Notes: generated by a model not told the origin, from the letters alone. A stretch of DNA of 64,000 bases from Anaerohalosphaeraceae bacterium (GCA_963675525.2 CAXXSL010000011.1:480001-544000); one strand, 5' to 3'; shown: positions 19,545 to 31,149, counted from the first letter of the stretch. A program made the numbers and translations.

Positions 19545-20723
19545 GTGATGAAAAGAGTAACAGGATTGATCGCGGTTTTATGTTTATGTCTTACCTCAAA
19601 TGCCTTTGGGGCAGCAGACGGTTGGGCCAGTATGAACGGGGGCACGACAGGGGGTGCCGGTGGAACGGTTGTTACCGTAGACAATATGACAGACCTTGAA
19701 TATTACGCCGAACTGGGAACGACACCCTATATCATTCAAATCTCAGGTACTATTGCAATCGGTACGGGTGTTCTCGAAATAAGTGCTAATAAAACACTGA
19801 TAGGTATCGGTACAAATCCGACGCTCGTAGGAAATGTCGGCTTTAATAATCGTAACGGGAATATCATTATTGAAAACCTGAACATTACCAATCCTTATGC
19901 AGGAAGCTCATACGACGGCATCAGCTTAAAGCAGGATATATACAATGTTCTTGTTACCAAGTGTACTATCTATGATACCGGTGACGGCGCTTTCGATATC
20001 ACCAACAATTCAGACTATGTTACCGTATCATGGTGCAAATTCTACTACACCCCTTCTGCTCCGGATCCCGGCCATACCTTCTCATGTCTCGTCGGAAGCA
20101 GCGACAAACAAGACGATGACGCGGCGAATCTTCGCATCACGTATCACCACAACTGGTGGACAACCGGTGTCAAAGAAAGGATGCCCCGCGTCCGTTACGG
20201 CCAGGTACATGTCTATAACAATTATTACAGCGATCTTGTGGCCGGCGGTTATTGTGTTGGTGTTGGCTGCGGGGCTCGTATTCGTGTTGAGGACAACTAC
20301 TTCAATGCCGTACCCAATCCATGGGCAGACTATTATACTGGCATGAGCGACTGCTATACTGACGGACACATAGGCTGGAACACCGGTAATATATTTTACA
20401 ACTGCACACAACCGACCTGGGCGACGAATGAGTACGCCACCATCTTTATACCGCCGTATGCTTATACCCCCAACGATGCCGCAGATATACCGGCTATGGT
20501 TCCGGCTTACGCCGGTGCAGGGACTCCTTACCCGCCGCATTGGTTTTATACCGTGTACGGCGACTTCGACAGAGACGGCGATGTGGAGATGGATGACCTT
20601 GAGACATTTATTAGTTACTGGCTTGATACGAATGATATTGCCGATGCTGATTATTATGCGAACGGAAGGGTGGATATGGCCGAGTTGGCGCTGTTTGCAG
20701 AAAATTGGCTCAGCGGTTTATAG
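19545..20723 (+). CDS. Pectate lyase PL1 (PelB/C type) + dockerin-like
   Basis: GGTTGGAGG, DGAFDI, VTVSWC, ITYHHNW, ERMPRVRYG, HVYNNYY; GDFDRDGDVEMDDL. Confidence 0.9.
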   Translation: MMKRVTGLIAVLCLCLTSNAFGAADGWASMNGGTTGGAGGTVVTVDNMTDLEYYAELGTTPYIIQISGTIAIGTGVLEISANKTLIGIGTNPTLVGNVGFNNRNGNIIIENLNITNPYAGSSYDGISLKQDIYNVLVTKCTIYDTGDGAFDITNNSDYVTVSWCKFYYTPSAPDPGHTFSCLVGSSDKQDDDAANLRITYHHNWWTTGVKERMPRVRYGQVHVYNNYYSDLVAGGYCVGVGCGARIRVEDNYFNAVPNPWADYYTGMSDCYTDGHIGWNTGNIFYNCTQPTWATNEYATIFIPPYAYTPNDAADIPAMVPAYAGAGTPYPPHWFYTVYGDFDRDGDVEMDDLETFISYWLDTNDIADADYYANGRVDMAELALFAENWLSGL

Positions 20724-20782
20724 AAACGTGTTGAAACTTTTAGAAGAGGATGAAATCTTAACGATTGATTTGAGAGGGTAAC

Positions 20783-22714
20783 ATGATGAAATTCAGACAC
20801 TATGCAGCGGTTATTACTTTTGTATTAATGACGATTCTCTGGGGTTCTTCCCGTGTCTTTGCGGTTGACGGTTGGGCAACGGCAGGCAGCGGTACGACCG
20901 GCGGCGAAGGGGGAACGGTTGTTACCGTTGATAACGCTGCTGACTTAATTTATTACGTAGAGGACACGGACCAGGACCCGTATATCATTTATGTGGACGG
21001 TGTTATCGATCTGGGCGGTTCGAACATTCGTGTCCGCGGCAACAAGACCGTCATCGGCTTGCCGGGATCGCGCATCACCGGCAATTTGAAATGCTACAGA
21101 AGCGAAGAGAGTAACAACATCTTCAGGTATCTGAACATGGACAATAAGGCTAAGGCCGGCGACGGGGACTGCATCAGTCTTGACGGCGTCACGAATATCT
21201 GGATCGACCACTGCACATTTACCGACGCAGGCGACGGCGCTGTCGATATCAAAAACGGCGCCGATTATGTGACCGTTTCCTGGTGTAAGTTCCAGTACCC
21301 GACCGCTACCGAACACACGTTCTGCAATCTGGTCGGACATTCCGACAGCAATGGCGATACAGATATGGGACATCTGCGTGTCACCTTCCACCATAACTGG
21401 TATTCGACCCTGTGTCACGAGCGTATGCCTTCCGTCCGTTTCGGGAAAGCTCATGTCTATAACACTTATTTCGATTGCCCGGGCAATCGTTACTGCATCC
21501 GTACCCGCTTGTATGCAGAATGCCTTGTCGAAAACAATTATTTCAATGATGTTCAGAATCCCTGGGAACGATATGTCACAAGTGCAGGCGGCGACCCCGG
21601 CCTGCTTTATGCATCGGGCAATTTCTTCACCGATAATGTTACATGGTATGTGGGGTATGACAGTTCATCAGTCCTTATTGATGGCACCGACACTGTCTTT
21701 ACGCCGCCGTATGCCTATACGCTGGACAATGCATCCATGGTCCCCGGTATTGTTATGTGGGGAGCCGGTGTCGATGGAAAGGACGGTTACCCACCGCACT
21801 GGGCTTTCGGTCAATACGGCGATTTTGATTTGAGCGGCTTTGTGGATGCCAATGATCTTGAGATGTTTGCAGGCTACTGGCTGGAAACAACTGATATCGA
21901 TGATGCAGATTATTATGATAACGGCCGCGTGGATTTGAGCGAGTTTGCCCTGTTTGCCAATAATTACCGTTATACCCCACCTATCCCGCCGGACACAACG
22001 GCTCCGGAAGTACCGGCTGACCTGTGGGCGCTGGGCCAGAATGTTCAGGCTGTATTGGATTGGGCGGATAACAATACCGAAGAAGACTTTGCAGGCTACA
22101 ATATCTATCGTTCAACAACATCCGGCAGCGGGTATACGAAGCTCAATGAAACTCTGCTGACGACTTCAGATTATACAGATGATACCGCAGCGAACGGCAC
22201 AATGTATTATTATGTAGTGACATCGGTCGATACGAATGACAACGAATCGGAGTACTCGGTCGAAGCGTGCACCGTGCCGGATGCCGTATCAGATAATGTA
22301 ATCGTTCAGGAAAATGCCACCGGCTTATGCATGTCCGGCGACATACAGGGCATCGAGTCGGAATACAGCGGCTACACCGGCAGCGGTTATGCCAACACTT
22401 ACAATGCAACCGGCATGGGCGTTGATTACAGTCTTAACATCGCCACAGCCGGAACGTATACGTTCACATGGCGATTTGCAAATGGTTCAACCGATCGCCC
22501 TGCCAAGTTACTGATCAATGATGCTGAGGAAGTGGCCAGTATCAACTTCCCTGCAACCGGTGCCTGGAGCAATTGGGCCACAGTCTCGGCCCAGGTTGCA
22601 TTAACCGCCGGTACGAAGACTGTGCGGCTGGAAGCGACGACCAGCGGCGGCTGTGCGAATATTGATTATCTGCAAGTCGCAGGCCCGGGACCTGAGATCG
22701 CTACCTGTCCGTAA
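20783..22714 (+). CDS. Pectate lyase PL1 + dockerin-like + FN3 + CBM35-like
   Basis: IWIDHC, ERMPSVRFG; GDFDLSGFVDANDL; GYTGSGYAN..WRFANG..NIDYL. Confidence 0.9.
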   Translation: MMKFRHYAAVITFVLMTILWGSSRVFAVDGWATAGSGTTGGEGGTVVTVDNAADLIYYVEDTDQDPYIIYVDGVIDLGGSNIRVRGNKTVIGLPGSRITGNLKCYRSEESNNIFRYLNMDNKAKAGDGDCISLDGVTNIWIDHCTFTDAGDGAVDIKNGADYVTVSWCKFQYPTATEHTFCNLVGHSDSNGDTDMGHLRVTFHHNWYSTLCHERMPSVRFGKAHVYNTYFDCPGNRYCIRTRLYAECLVENNYFNDVQNPWERYVTSAGGDPGLLYASGNFFTDNVTWYVGYDSSSVLIDGTDTVFTPPYAYTLDNASMVPGIVMWGAGVDGKDGYPPHWAFGQYGDFDLSGFVDANDLEMFAGYWLETTDIDDADYYDNGRVDLSEFALFANNYRYTPPIPPDTTAPEVPADLWALGQNVQAVLDWADNNTEEDFAGYNIYRSTTSGSGYTKLNETLLTTSDYTDDTAANGTMYYYVVTSVDTNDNESEYSVEACTVPDAVSDNVIVQENATGLCMSGDIQGIESEYSGYTGSGYANTYNATGMGVDYSLNIATAGTYTFTWRFANGSTDRPAKLLINDAEEVASINFPATGAWSNWATVSAQVALTAGTKTVRLEATTSGGCANIDYLQVAGPGPEIATCP

Positions 22715-22773
22715 ACGCATTAAAACTTTTAAGGCTTTAATAATATCAGGTGATTCTTTAAATGGGAGTTCTG

Positions 22774-25278
22774 ATGATGAGAGACAATCGTTCAGTCGCA
22801 TGGTTTACAATTGTTTTAATGTGCTTATTGTCAAGATTTGTCTTCGCGGTTCCGGTTGCCTTTCCCGGTGCAGAGGGCTCCGGCCGATATGCAACCGGCG
22901 GGCGAGGCGGAGACGTCTATGAAGTGACCAATCTGACCAACAGCGGTCCGGGTTCGATTGTTGACGCCGTCAGTGCGGGCAACCGGACCATTGTTTTTCG
23001 GGTCTCCGGTACGATAGAACTTGGTGATGTCCTGCTGCGGCCGAAATCAAATACGACGATTGCCGGTCAGACAGCTCCCGGTGAGGGAATTTGCCTTAAA
23101 GGCCGCATCTATATCGGTAGCGTCTCCGATGTGGTGATTCGCTATATCCGCGTTCGCGTCGATGAAGGTGGGGCGAATTCGAGTGGTGACGCGATCGATA
23201 TCGCAAGCGGCAACAATATCATCATTGACCACGTCAGCGCTTCTTATGCGCGAGATGAAGGTATCTCATGCCAGGATGGTTCAGATAATGTGACTGTGCA
23301 GTGGTGCATCATTAGCGAAGCCCTCAATTATGAGGACCACAGCTATGGTTCGCTGGTCCGCGGTGAATATGGAGAAGAAAAAACCTACCACCATAACTTA
23401 TACGCCCACAACAGAGGCCGAAACCCGCGGCCGGGGAACTACACAAGTATCAGTTCGGACCCTGAAGGACTGCATTTTGACTTCCGTAACAATGTCGTTT
23501 ACAACTGGATGGGAAGTACGGCCGGTTACAACGATGACGGTTCTACCGTCAGCCGGTATAATTTTATCGGCAATGCCTTTTTTACGGGTCCCGATTCCAC
23601 CGGCAGTATCGCCTTCCGCGAAAGCAGCGAAGTTTCCTATGGGTACTTTGCCGACAACTCCCTTAATGATGTCGTACCGGGTGACCCGTGGAGCTTAGTC
23701 AATCTAAATCTGTCTTCTTCAGAAATAACTGCCTACAAAGCCCGTTCCTCTATTCTCCCGATGGAACCGGTTACGACGACTTCCTCTGCCCAGGCTAAGA
23801 CAGACGTTCTTGGGGAGGCCGGGGCGAGTTTCCCCAGTCGTGATATCGTTGATACGCGTGTTATCAATGACGTACTCAACGGAACGGGGAGCATTATTGA
23901 CAACACAAGCGATCTGGCCGATCCCTGGCCAACACTTAGCTCACTACCGGCACCGACGGACACCGACCATGACGGAATGCCGGATGCATGGGAAACAGCC
24001 AATGGACTTAATTTGGGCAATGCCGCTGACCGAAATGATTACGATCTTCATCTTGACTATACCAACCTGGAAGTGTACCTGAACAGTTTGCTTGCCGGCG
24101 ATCTGGAAGCGCCGACAGCACCTGCCGGCCTTGCAGCGACGGCGGGGAATGCGACGGTTGCCCTTGATTGGGATGACAACGCTGAAGTTGATTTAGCAGG
24201 CTATAACATCTACCGCTCGACAATCTCAGGAACCGGCTATGCCAGACTCAACACAACAGCCGTAAGCAGTTCGGATTACATGGATGATACGGCCGACAAT
24301 GGCGTCACTTATTTCTATGTCGTTACGGCTGTGGATACATCGTACAACGAATCCGGTTTTTCCAATGAGGTGTTTGCCACACCGATCGATTTGAACTTTT
24401 ACCGCGATATCAATGACGACCAGTTCATTGATATGACCGACCTGGGCGCCTTCCTGCTTGTCTGGCTGCAGTCCGATTGTCTCATCACCTCCGGTTGGGA
24501 CATCAACGGGGATTGTGTCGTAAATTATGATGAATTTTCTATGCTGGCCGGCAACTGGACGGGGCCTGATACCACTCCTCCATCAGTTCCAACCGGCTTG
24601 TCGGCGACGGCGGGCAACAGCACGGTTTCACTGGACTGGAATGATAACAGCGAAAATGATCTAAACGGCTACAATGTCTATCGTTCAACAACTTCAGGCA
24701 GTGGTTACACGCTGTTAAACACATCGCTTTTAAGCAGTTCGGACTATATCGACACCGATGTCGCCAACGGCACGATCTATTACTATATTGTGAGCGCATT
24801 AGATATAGAGTCGAATGAGTCGGACGCTTCAAGTGAAGTCTCTGCGACACCCGATGTAATCACCAGTATTACAATACAGGAAAACGAGGTTGGTTTTTGC
24901 GGTGTCGATGGTACGGTCGACAGCGACAATACCGGGTATACGGGCGACGGATTTGCAAATACCGACAACGCCGTCGGCAATGGTGTCGATTACAGCGTCA
25001 ATATATTGACCGCTGGTACCTATACATTCGTGTTCCGATACGCGAGTACGTCCGACCGGCCTGCCGATTTGATCATCAACAGCATAACGGAAGCCTCCGG
25101 AATCAGTTTCGCGAGCACCGGCGCCTGGACAACGTGGGATACGACGGCGGCCGTTGAAGTGACGTTAACTGCCGGAATAAAAGATATACGCCTCGAAGCA
25201 ACAGGCAGTAGCGGCCTTGCCAATATTGATTATATGGAAGTAGCCGGCGTTAATCTTCAGGCGGAAAATTGCCCTTAA
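22774..25278 (+). CDS. Pectate lyase PL1 + FN3 + dockerin-like + FN3 + CBM35-like
   Basis: AFPGAEG, GRNPRPG, DTDHDGMPDAWE, two FN3 repeats, GYTGDGFAN; start 22774 after GGGAG. Confidence 0.9.
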   Translation: MMRDNRSVAWFTIVLMCLLSRFVFAVPVAFPGAEGSGRYATGGRGGDVYEVTNLTNSGPGSIVDAVSAGNRTIVFRVSGTIELGDVLLRPKSNTTIAGQTAPGEGICLKGRIYIGSVSDVVIRYIRVRVDEGGANSSGDAIDIASGNNIIIDHVSASYARDEGISCQDGSDNVTVQWCIISEALNYEDHSYGSLVRGEYGEEKTYHHNLYAHNRGRNPRPGNYTSISSDPEGLHFDFRNNVVYNWMGSTAGYNDDGSTVSRYNFIGNAFFTGPDSTGSIAFRESSEVSYGYFADNSLNDVVPGDPWSLVNLNLSSSEITAYKARSSILPMEPVTTTSSAQAKTDVLGEAGASFPSRDIVDTRVINDVLNGTGSIIDNTSDLADPWPTLSSLPAPTDTDHDGMPDAWETANGLNLGNAADRNDYDLHLDYTNLEVYLNSLLAGDLEAPTAPAGLAATAGNATVALDWDDNAEVDLAGYNIYRSTISGTGYARLNTTAVSSSDYMDDTADNGVTYFYVVTAVDTSYNESGFSNEVFATPIDLNFYRDINDDQFIDMTDLGAFLLVWLQSDCLITSGWDINGDCVVNYDEFSMLAGNWTGPDTTPPSVPTGLSATAGNSTVSLDWNDNSENDLNGYNVYRSTTSGSGYTLLNTSLLSSSDYIDTDVANGTIYYYIVSALDIESNESDASSEVSATPDVITSITIQENEVGFCGVDGTVDSDNTGYTGDGFANTDNAVGNGVDYSVNILTAGTYTFVFRYASTSDRPADLIINSITEASGISFASTGAWTTWDTTAAVEVTLTAGIKDIRLEATGSSGLANIDYMEVAGVNLQAENCP

Positions 25279-25421
25279 TATTGTCCAGATGATCTAAGGG
25301 CCTGACAAAACCCACGCCATTGGCGAGCTTTCACTCGGGCCGGTCTTGGACCTATTGTCACCAGTGCAACGGATGGCGCCGACGTCATCGATTGGGGAAA
25401 ATCAAGCTGGCTCAAAACCAC

Positions 25422-26954
25422 CTACGAATCGGAATCAGTAACAAAGATCGCCACTTTCTCTAACATTTTATCACCGTCATTAACCGTAAAAGACACTTCG
25501 GCAATACCGGTAAAATCGGTTTCGGGCTGGAATGTCAGGATACTTTCGCCGGATTTGATTTCCGCTCTACCGCCGGTGACTTTGTCGATTGTATAAACGG
25601 CATCGGGATTGAAACCGGAAGTATATTTTCGAAGATCTACATTGCATGCCACATTTTTCGTGCCCTGTGCATGAGGAACAGCCAGCCAGTTCAGGTAGTC
25701 TTCCAGGTTGGAATAGCCGTTGTTATCAATATCGCCGTTGTTGTCCGCTTGTTCGGCATCTAATCCTTCGATTGTCTTTTCCCACATATCTGGCATGCCG
25801 TCCTGATCGGCATCTTTGGGGGCAAATCCGCTTTGAATTTGGCCGGGGCCATTGATGGGGTTCTGGTTTTCATTGGATATCACTCTGCCGGCTTTTCCAA
25901 AACTGGTGAGTTCTTCGATCAGGAATTGGTCGACCTGGTCGCGTACAGGAAGCGAGGCCCCTGCCTGCGAAATGATCCGTTTGCAGGCTGTCTGCGGTTC
26001 ATCGATTGTTTGTATTACAGGGAAATCATGCTGTGTAGTTTGCCAGCTAACGGTGCCATAATCGGGGCGCTGAAGCACCTGCCCATCCAGAAGACCGTTT
26101 TTGTTTTCATCGAAAAAATTATTGTCGGCGTAAATGTGGAAGTTTTCATTCCCCCGAGTAAACGGCGAACGTGACGGGGTCTGGAAACCGGCGATGTAAT
26201 AATTACTCATCACGTTCGCCTGGGATTCGGCACTGGAATCGCCCAAGATGTAACCAGCGGCACGCCAGTTGTAGACGACATTATTGATGAACTGGTTAAC
26301 GCCCTTGACCTTTGGATTGCGGGTGTGGTTATCGATGTAAAGGGAGCGAAGGATGCTGATGCCACCCCAGTTCTGGATCAAGCCGCCGCAGGAGTGGGTG
26401 TCGAGACCTTGCGCAATAATGGCATTTTGGATGGTGAAAAAGCCGTCTTTTCCACTGATGGAAAAGGTTTCATCCCGTCCCCATGACACGGAAACATGGT
26501 CAAAGATCATGGGGCTGCCTTCGGCGATTGAGACGGCGTCTTTGCCCTTATCGCCGTCGATCCCCATGCGGAAACGCATGTACCGGACGATGGCATGGTC
26601 AGCACCGGAAAACGAAATACCATTGCCATAAACAACAACACCGTCGCCAGGTGCGGTCTGACCGGCAATGGTGATATGGTCGGCTACCGCGATTCGTTTT
26701 TTAATTGCAATAATGCCTGCGACATCAAATACAACGGTTCGATGGGATTGACTAACGGCGTCCCGAAACGAACCAGGGCCGGCGTCGTTTAGATTGGTAA
26801 CATGATAAACCGCCCCGCCGCGACCGCCCACGGCGTTTCGGCCGAAACCTTCGGCGCCGGGGAAAGCCGGGACTTCTGCATACACATTGGATAAACAGAG
26901 AAGACAAATAGTAATGAATACGCCAAAAAAATATTTATAATTCGTGCAACTCAT
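25422..26954 (-). CDS. Pectate lyase PL1 + C-terminal cadherin/Ig-like domain
   Basis: AFPGAEGFG, DHVSVSWGRDE, TRNPKVKG, FQPETDFTG.A..SFTV.DG. Confidence 0.9.
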   Translation of the reverse strand: MSCTNYKYFFGVFITICLLCLSNVYAEVPAFPGAEGFGRNAVGGRGGAVYHVTNLNDAGPGSFRDAVSQSHRTVVFDVAGIIAIKKRIAVADHITIAGQTAPGDGVVVYGNGISFSGADHAIVRYMRFRMGIDGDKGKDAVSIAEGSPMIFDHVSVSWGRDETFSISGKDGFFTIQNAIIAQGLDTHSCGGLIQNWGGISILRSLYIDNHTRNPKVKGVNQFINNVVYNWRAAGYILGDSSAESQANVMSNYYIAGFQTPSRSPFTRGNENFHIYADNNFFDENKNGLLDGQVLQRPDYGTVSWQTTQHDFPVIQTIDEPQTACKRIISQAGASLPVRDQVDQFLIEELTSFGKAGRVISNENQNPINGPGQIQSGFAPKDADQDGMPDMWEKTIEGLDAEQADNNGDIDNNGYSNLEDYLNWLAVPHAQGTKNVACNVDLRKYTSGFNPDAVYTIDKVTGGRAEIKSGESILTFQPETDFTGIAEVSFTVNDGDKMLEKVAIFVTDSDS

Positions 26955-26967
26955 TTTATCTGTTCCT

Positions 26968-29900
26968 TCATTGATTCAAATTCCGAATTTCCTGCGGTGT
27001 CAAAGCAACATCATAAATGCGCACATCGTCAATCAAGCCCAGGAAATAACGCTGCGATGCATTGTATACACCAATCCTCACGTCTTGATCCGTTGCATCC
27101 GAACTCGTATTCACCGGCTCATCCACCGAAGCACTGATGACCTCCGGCTGACCATCAACATATAACTGTGCTTCTGTAATGTCAGGTGACCCATCATCTT
27201 CCAGAACCACAGCGACGTGATGCCAACTGCCGTCATTAATTGCAGTAGTCCCAATAATATTGCCCCCTTGGACCTCGGCACGAAGTTGACCGCCTTCATT
27301 GACACGGATGATCCACCGGGCTCCGTTACTGGGCTCAGAGCCCCATGTGACAATTTCATCCGAAACTGCTGTCGTCTTGATCCATGCTGTAAAGGTCCGG
27401 CTGGCAGCACCGGTGACGCCTTTGTAGCCGGTGATCTGGACATAATCGTCTGTACCATCAAAGTTCAGGGCACCGCCCACATAGCCTGTATCCCAGATCG
27501 GATCGTTAACTAGTTGTCCCGACCTTCCATTGATCGAACTATCCTGCGCGACATTTCCGCTCATTTCATCAAATTTCAAATGAAGCTGAAGATCATCGGC
27601 GGGTGTTACGTCAGCGCCAATAATTTCGATATAGTCTATATTGCCCAAGCCACTGGTACCGGTGGCTTGAAGCCGCAGGTCATTGATCCCAACGGTCAAC
27701 GATACAGTTTGGCTGACCGTGTTCCAAATTGTCCAGTCACTTGAACTTAATGCCGGGAAGCTGATACTTGCAATAGCCGTTGAGCCATTGACAAGTAAAG
27801 CCCCGGGGCGGTCACTCCCGCCGCCGTTGGCATAACGCCACGTCATTGTATAGGTTCCCGCCGTTGCGATATTGACTTTCCAGTCAACACCCATACCGAT
27901 AGCATTATCCGTATTGGAAAATCCGTCCCCGGTAAATCCGGTGTTATTATTATCAACGGTACCATCCACACCCCGGAAACCTGCAGTGTTCTCTTGGATA
28001 ATCGTACCGGTTCCCGAAGCAACAGGATGAGCCGAGACCTCGCTTGTGTCTGTGGATTCGTTCATAGAAGTATCGACTGCCCTGACTATATAATGGTAGA
28101 GCGTACCATTCACGACATCCGTATCGACGTAGTCTGAGGTAATGATAATCGCAGTGTTAAGCTGAACATAAGCACTCCCAGAGGTTGTCGTTCGATAGAT
28201 GTTGTAACCTGCCAGATCCCCTTCACCGTTGTCATGCCAATCGAGGGAAACCTGTGCATTTGCAGCCTGTGCCCACAGTCCGGTCGGCGAAGAAGGGGGA
28301 GCGGACGACTCGACCAGAACGGCCAAGGTCTGCGTCCATGTACTGCCGTCGCTGTCCGTCACCGTGAAGTTAAAACGTGCCCGGCCCGAAAAATCGAGTA
28401 TAGGCTCGAACACGACCGTATAGCCATCGGGCTGGATCGTTGCCGTACCATTCTGGATATTGGACAAGGAAAAGACGACTGGAGCCACATTGAAACCGCG
28501 GGTATACCTGCGCAGATCAACCGTTAGAGAGGACGGCTCTTCTGCGGTATTCTTTGCTATAGCGGCATGCGGAATGGCACAGAAGTGAAGGTATTCATCC
28601 AGCAGCGTATAGCCTAAAGATACGTACGCGCCCGCCGGAACGAGGGCGTTGTGGTTTTGCAGCGTAACGCTGGATCCAATGGAGAGTTCCCAAAAATCGG
28701 GCATGCCGTCGCCATCGTTATCTGTTGGTGCTGTAGCCGAATTAAGTGTACCGAAACCGTTGTTGGACACCGGCAGATCGGACTCTCTTGAGATGCGGCT
28801 GTGGACTTGGTTGATAACGTTGTTGAACAGCAGTGTATCTACCTCGTCACGCAGCGAACTGGCACTCGCATCCAGTCGCAATGCACCTGCGGAGGAAATC
28901 ACTTTCTTATAGGCGGTCAGCGGATCGTCGACGGTGATCGCGATGTTGCCGGTAGCGCCGGTGAAAGCGCTGGAGGCCCTGACGTAACGGTTTGCCCCCT
29001 CGGAATCACCGGGTTGGTATTCCGAGCCGCCCACGATCGCGTAGCCCTTATCTGTACCGTTGAGTAGTCCATCGCCGTCCGAATCATGGAGGCAGTTGTC
29101 GAGCCAGAGCGTGAAGTTCGGATTATTGTTGCGGTCCACCAAGGCTTTTTCGAGCGCGATGCTATCAGTGTAGGTGGGGGGAGAGAGGAAATAGGATCCG
29201 ATGACGTTTGCCTTCCAGTCCGCAGGTGTCGTCGAGTCACCCATGATGAAGCCGATGCCCCAGTCGAATGTCACGTTGTTAACCCACTCGAGCAGTCCGT
29301 AGGGACGTGCCTTCGGGTTGCGTGTGTGATGATGCCCCCACAGCGAGTGGTGACATGAGCCGTTCTCGAGATCCCATAGCCCGCCGCAGTTATGGCTTTC
29401 CAAGCCCCAGGCGGACACCGAGTTCTGCATGGTAAAGTTGTCGAGAGTACTGTTGAAGAAGGAAATATTTTCGTCGGTGCTGAACATCAACGAAATGTGG
29501 TCGATAATACTGTTGTCGGCGCTGCTTTCGAAGTTGATGCAATCTCCGGCTCCACCATTCTCGCCATGCCTGATGCGCAGATGGCGAAGCACCGCGTTGT
29601 TGCCAGTGACAAGAATCCTGCCGTCTTTTAATCCGATGCCGTCACCGGGAGCCGTCTGTCCGGCGATCGTAACGTTATTCTGAACAATCCGAATGGTCTG
29701 GTTTCCCGTATCACTGTTGTAGTTGATGGGAATATAGCCGCTGACCGCAAACACAATGGTACGCCCACTTGAGGGCGCATTTTCGACACCATATCGTAGC
29801 GACCCCGGGCCACTGCTGTCGAGGTTAACCACTGTATACACATCGCCACCGCGACCACCGTTGGCCTGAGCCCCGAAGCCCTCGGCTCCCGGAAACGCTA

Positions 29901-30978
29901 CCAATGGTGGCGATACAGTCTGGAAATTCCATATATTTCCCGGCTCGATATTATCGCAAGAGACAGAATCCACCCGCCAATAATAGGTCGTGCTTGGATC
30001 AAGATCTTCCAGATCAAAAGTGGTCCCGGTCGTTGCGCCCAGATAGATCGCATCCGCAGAATCCTGCCAGTCTGCGGCAATTTTCGAAAAATCCGTTAAA
30101 TCGACTACCCCACTGTAATCCAAATCGGGACATGGTGAAGACGGGGCCATCAGCCACTGAAGTCCCAATTCACTAAGATCTGGAAGATTGACCAAACCAT
30201 CACCATTTACATCGCCGCCCAACCTCTGTGCGGACGTGACCGCAGTGGCATCTGTTCCCAGGTAGATCTCGCTTCGAACAGCACCGTTGCCGGGCTGCCA
30301 TGACAGTAATCCTAAATCCGTTGCCACAGTTTCCCCAGTGGCCGGTTCGGGATAATCAGCCCCCGGAGGCGGATACGTCACGATCAATGTCGGCCAGTAC
30401 GCTTCTCCCCCGGAATGGTCGTGTGTTGTACAGTTGATCAGCGAGTTTGAATTGTGTAAAATAAACTGCACAATGTCATCGGTATCGCCCAGAATAGCCG
30501 GGGTCACATCAATAAAATGCTGAGAGCCGGCCAGGTAATTACCTGCCAGATCGACGGTTCCCATCAAGGTCGCCTTCGTGAAATCCGGGTTAGACTGATC
30601 TGCCGTATTATTGGCTGGTGCATTGGTCCAGGTAATATCTGTTTCACCCCAGCCAATATTCGTTGTATAGTTATTATTAACGGCGGATACATCAAAATGA
30701 AAGTCGCCTTCGTCTTCGTTGAGCGTCAACCTCAAAACTGCCCCGCGGATACTGCTGCGGTCTTCTAACGCGCTAAGGTCAAATTTGATCCAGGATTTAG
30801 CGGCTGAAGCATCCGAACGGATGCTGAGTTTGCTTGCGTCGGACTTGTTCGTATCCGGCACCAACGAATCTGTGCGGCAACTGACAGAGGCCGGAACAAG
30901 TACTTCCGCGTCCAATACACTGCCGGAAAGCATACATATAATTACGATCGCTGTTACGATGGTCCCCCGCTGTCTCAT
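26968..30978 (-). CDS. Multimodular PL1: DNRLRE-like + dockerin-like + PL1 + Ig-like + FN3 + CBM35-like + LamG
   Basis: KSWIKFDLS; GDVNGDGLVNLPDL; AFPGAEGFG, TRNPK; GFTGDGF; WHHVAVV..IDDVRIYD.AL. Confidence 0.9.
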   Translation of the reverse strand: MRQRGTIVTAIVIICMLSGSVLDAEVLVPASVSCRTDSLVPDTNKSDASKLSIRSDASAAKSWIKFDLSALEDRSSIRGAVLRLTLNEDEGDFHFDVSAVNNNYTTNIGWGETDITWTNAPANNTADQSNPDFTKATLMGTVDLAGNYLAGSQHFIDVTPAILGDTDDIVQFILHNSNSLINCTTHDHSGGEAYWPTLIVTYPPPGADYPEPATGETVATDLGLLSWQPGNGAVRSEIYLGTDATAVTSAQRLGGDVNGDGLVNLPDLSELGLQWLMAPSSPCPDLDYSGVVDLTDFSKIAADWQDSADAIYLGATTGTTFDLEDLDPSTTYYWRVDSVSCDNIEPGNIWNFQTVSPPLVAFPGAEGFGAQANGGRGGDVYTVVNLDSSGPGSLRYGVENAPSSGRTIVFAVSGYIPINYNSDTGNQTIRIVQNNVTIAGQTAPGDGIGLKDGRILVTGNNAVLRHLRIRHGENGGAGDCINFESSADNSIIDHISLMFSTDENISFFNSTLDNFTMQNSVSAWGLESHNCGGLWDLENGSCHHSLWGHHHTRNPKARPYGLLEWVNNVTFDWGIGFIMGDSTTPADWKANVIGSYFLSPPTYTDSIALEKALVDRNNNPNFTLWLDNCLHDSDGDGLLNGTDKGYAIVGGSEYQPGDSEGANRYVRASSAFTGATGNIAITVDDPLTAYKKVISSAGALRLDASASSLRDEVDTLLFNNVINQVHSRISRESDLPVSNNGFGTLNSATAPTDNDGDGMPDFWELSIGSSVTLQNHNALVPAGAYVSLGYTLLDEYLHFCAIPHAAIAKNTAEEPSSLTVDLRRYTRGFNVAPVVFSLSNIQNGTATIQPDGYTVVFEPILDFSGRARFNFTVTDSDGSTWTQTLAVLVESSAPPSSPTGLWAQAANAQVSLDWHDNGEGDLAGYNIYRTTTSGSAYVQLNTAIIITSDYVDTDVVNGTLYHYIVRAVDTSMNESTDTSEVSAHPVASGTGTIIQENTAGFRGVDGTVDNNNTGFTGDGFSNTDNAIGMGVDWKVNIATAGTYTMTWRYANGGGSDRPGALLVNGSTAIASISFPALSSSDWTIWNTVSQTVSLTVGINDLRLQATGTSGLGNIDYIEIIGADVTPADDLQLHLKFDEMSGNVAQDSSINGRSGQLVNDPIWDTGYVGGALNFDGTDDYVQITGYKGVTGAASRTFTAWIKTTAVSDEIVTWGSEPSNGARWIIRVNEGGQLRAEVQGGNIIGTTAINDGSWHHVAVVLEDDGSPDITEAQLYVDGQPEVISASVDEPVNTSSDATDQDVRIGVYNASQRYFLGLIDDVRIYDVALTPQEIRNLNQ

Positions 30979-31084
30979 ATGTCTATCCCTTTGATAAATA
31001 TCGACTTACATTAAGTATTTCTTTTGACAAAAAAATTTCGCCCCCATAATTATAATGATAGCATAACCTATTCAACAGAAAACA

Positions 31085-31117
31085 GCAACCGGGTACACCT
31101 AAGGCGTACCCGGCTGC
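31085..31117 (-). terminator. Intrinsic terminator
   Basis: GCAACCGGGTAC...GTACCCGGCTGC stem with a U-rich tail on the minus strand after the 31150 gene. Confidence 0.65.
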
Positions 31118-31149
31118 CAAATCATTCAACCATTAATACTTAACTGTCA

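Noticed and set aside
31021..31056. Plus-strand TTGACA...TATAAT as an antisense promoter
   Set aside because: Spacing is 21 nt (15 nt to CATAAT), which does not fit sigma70
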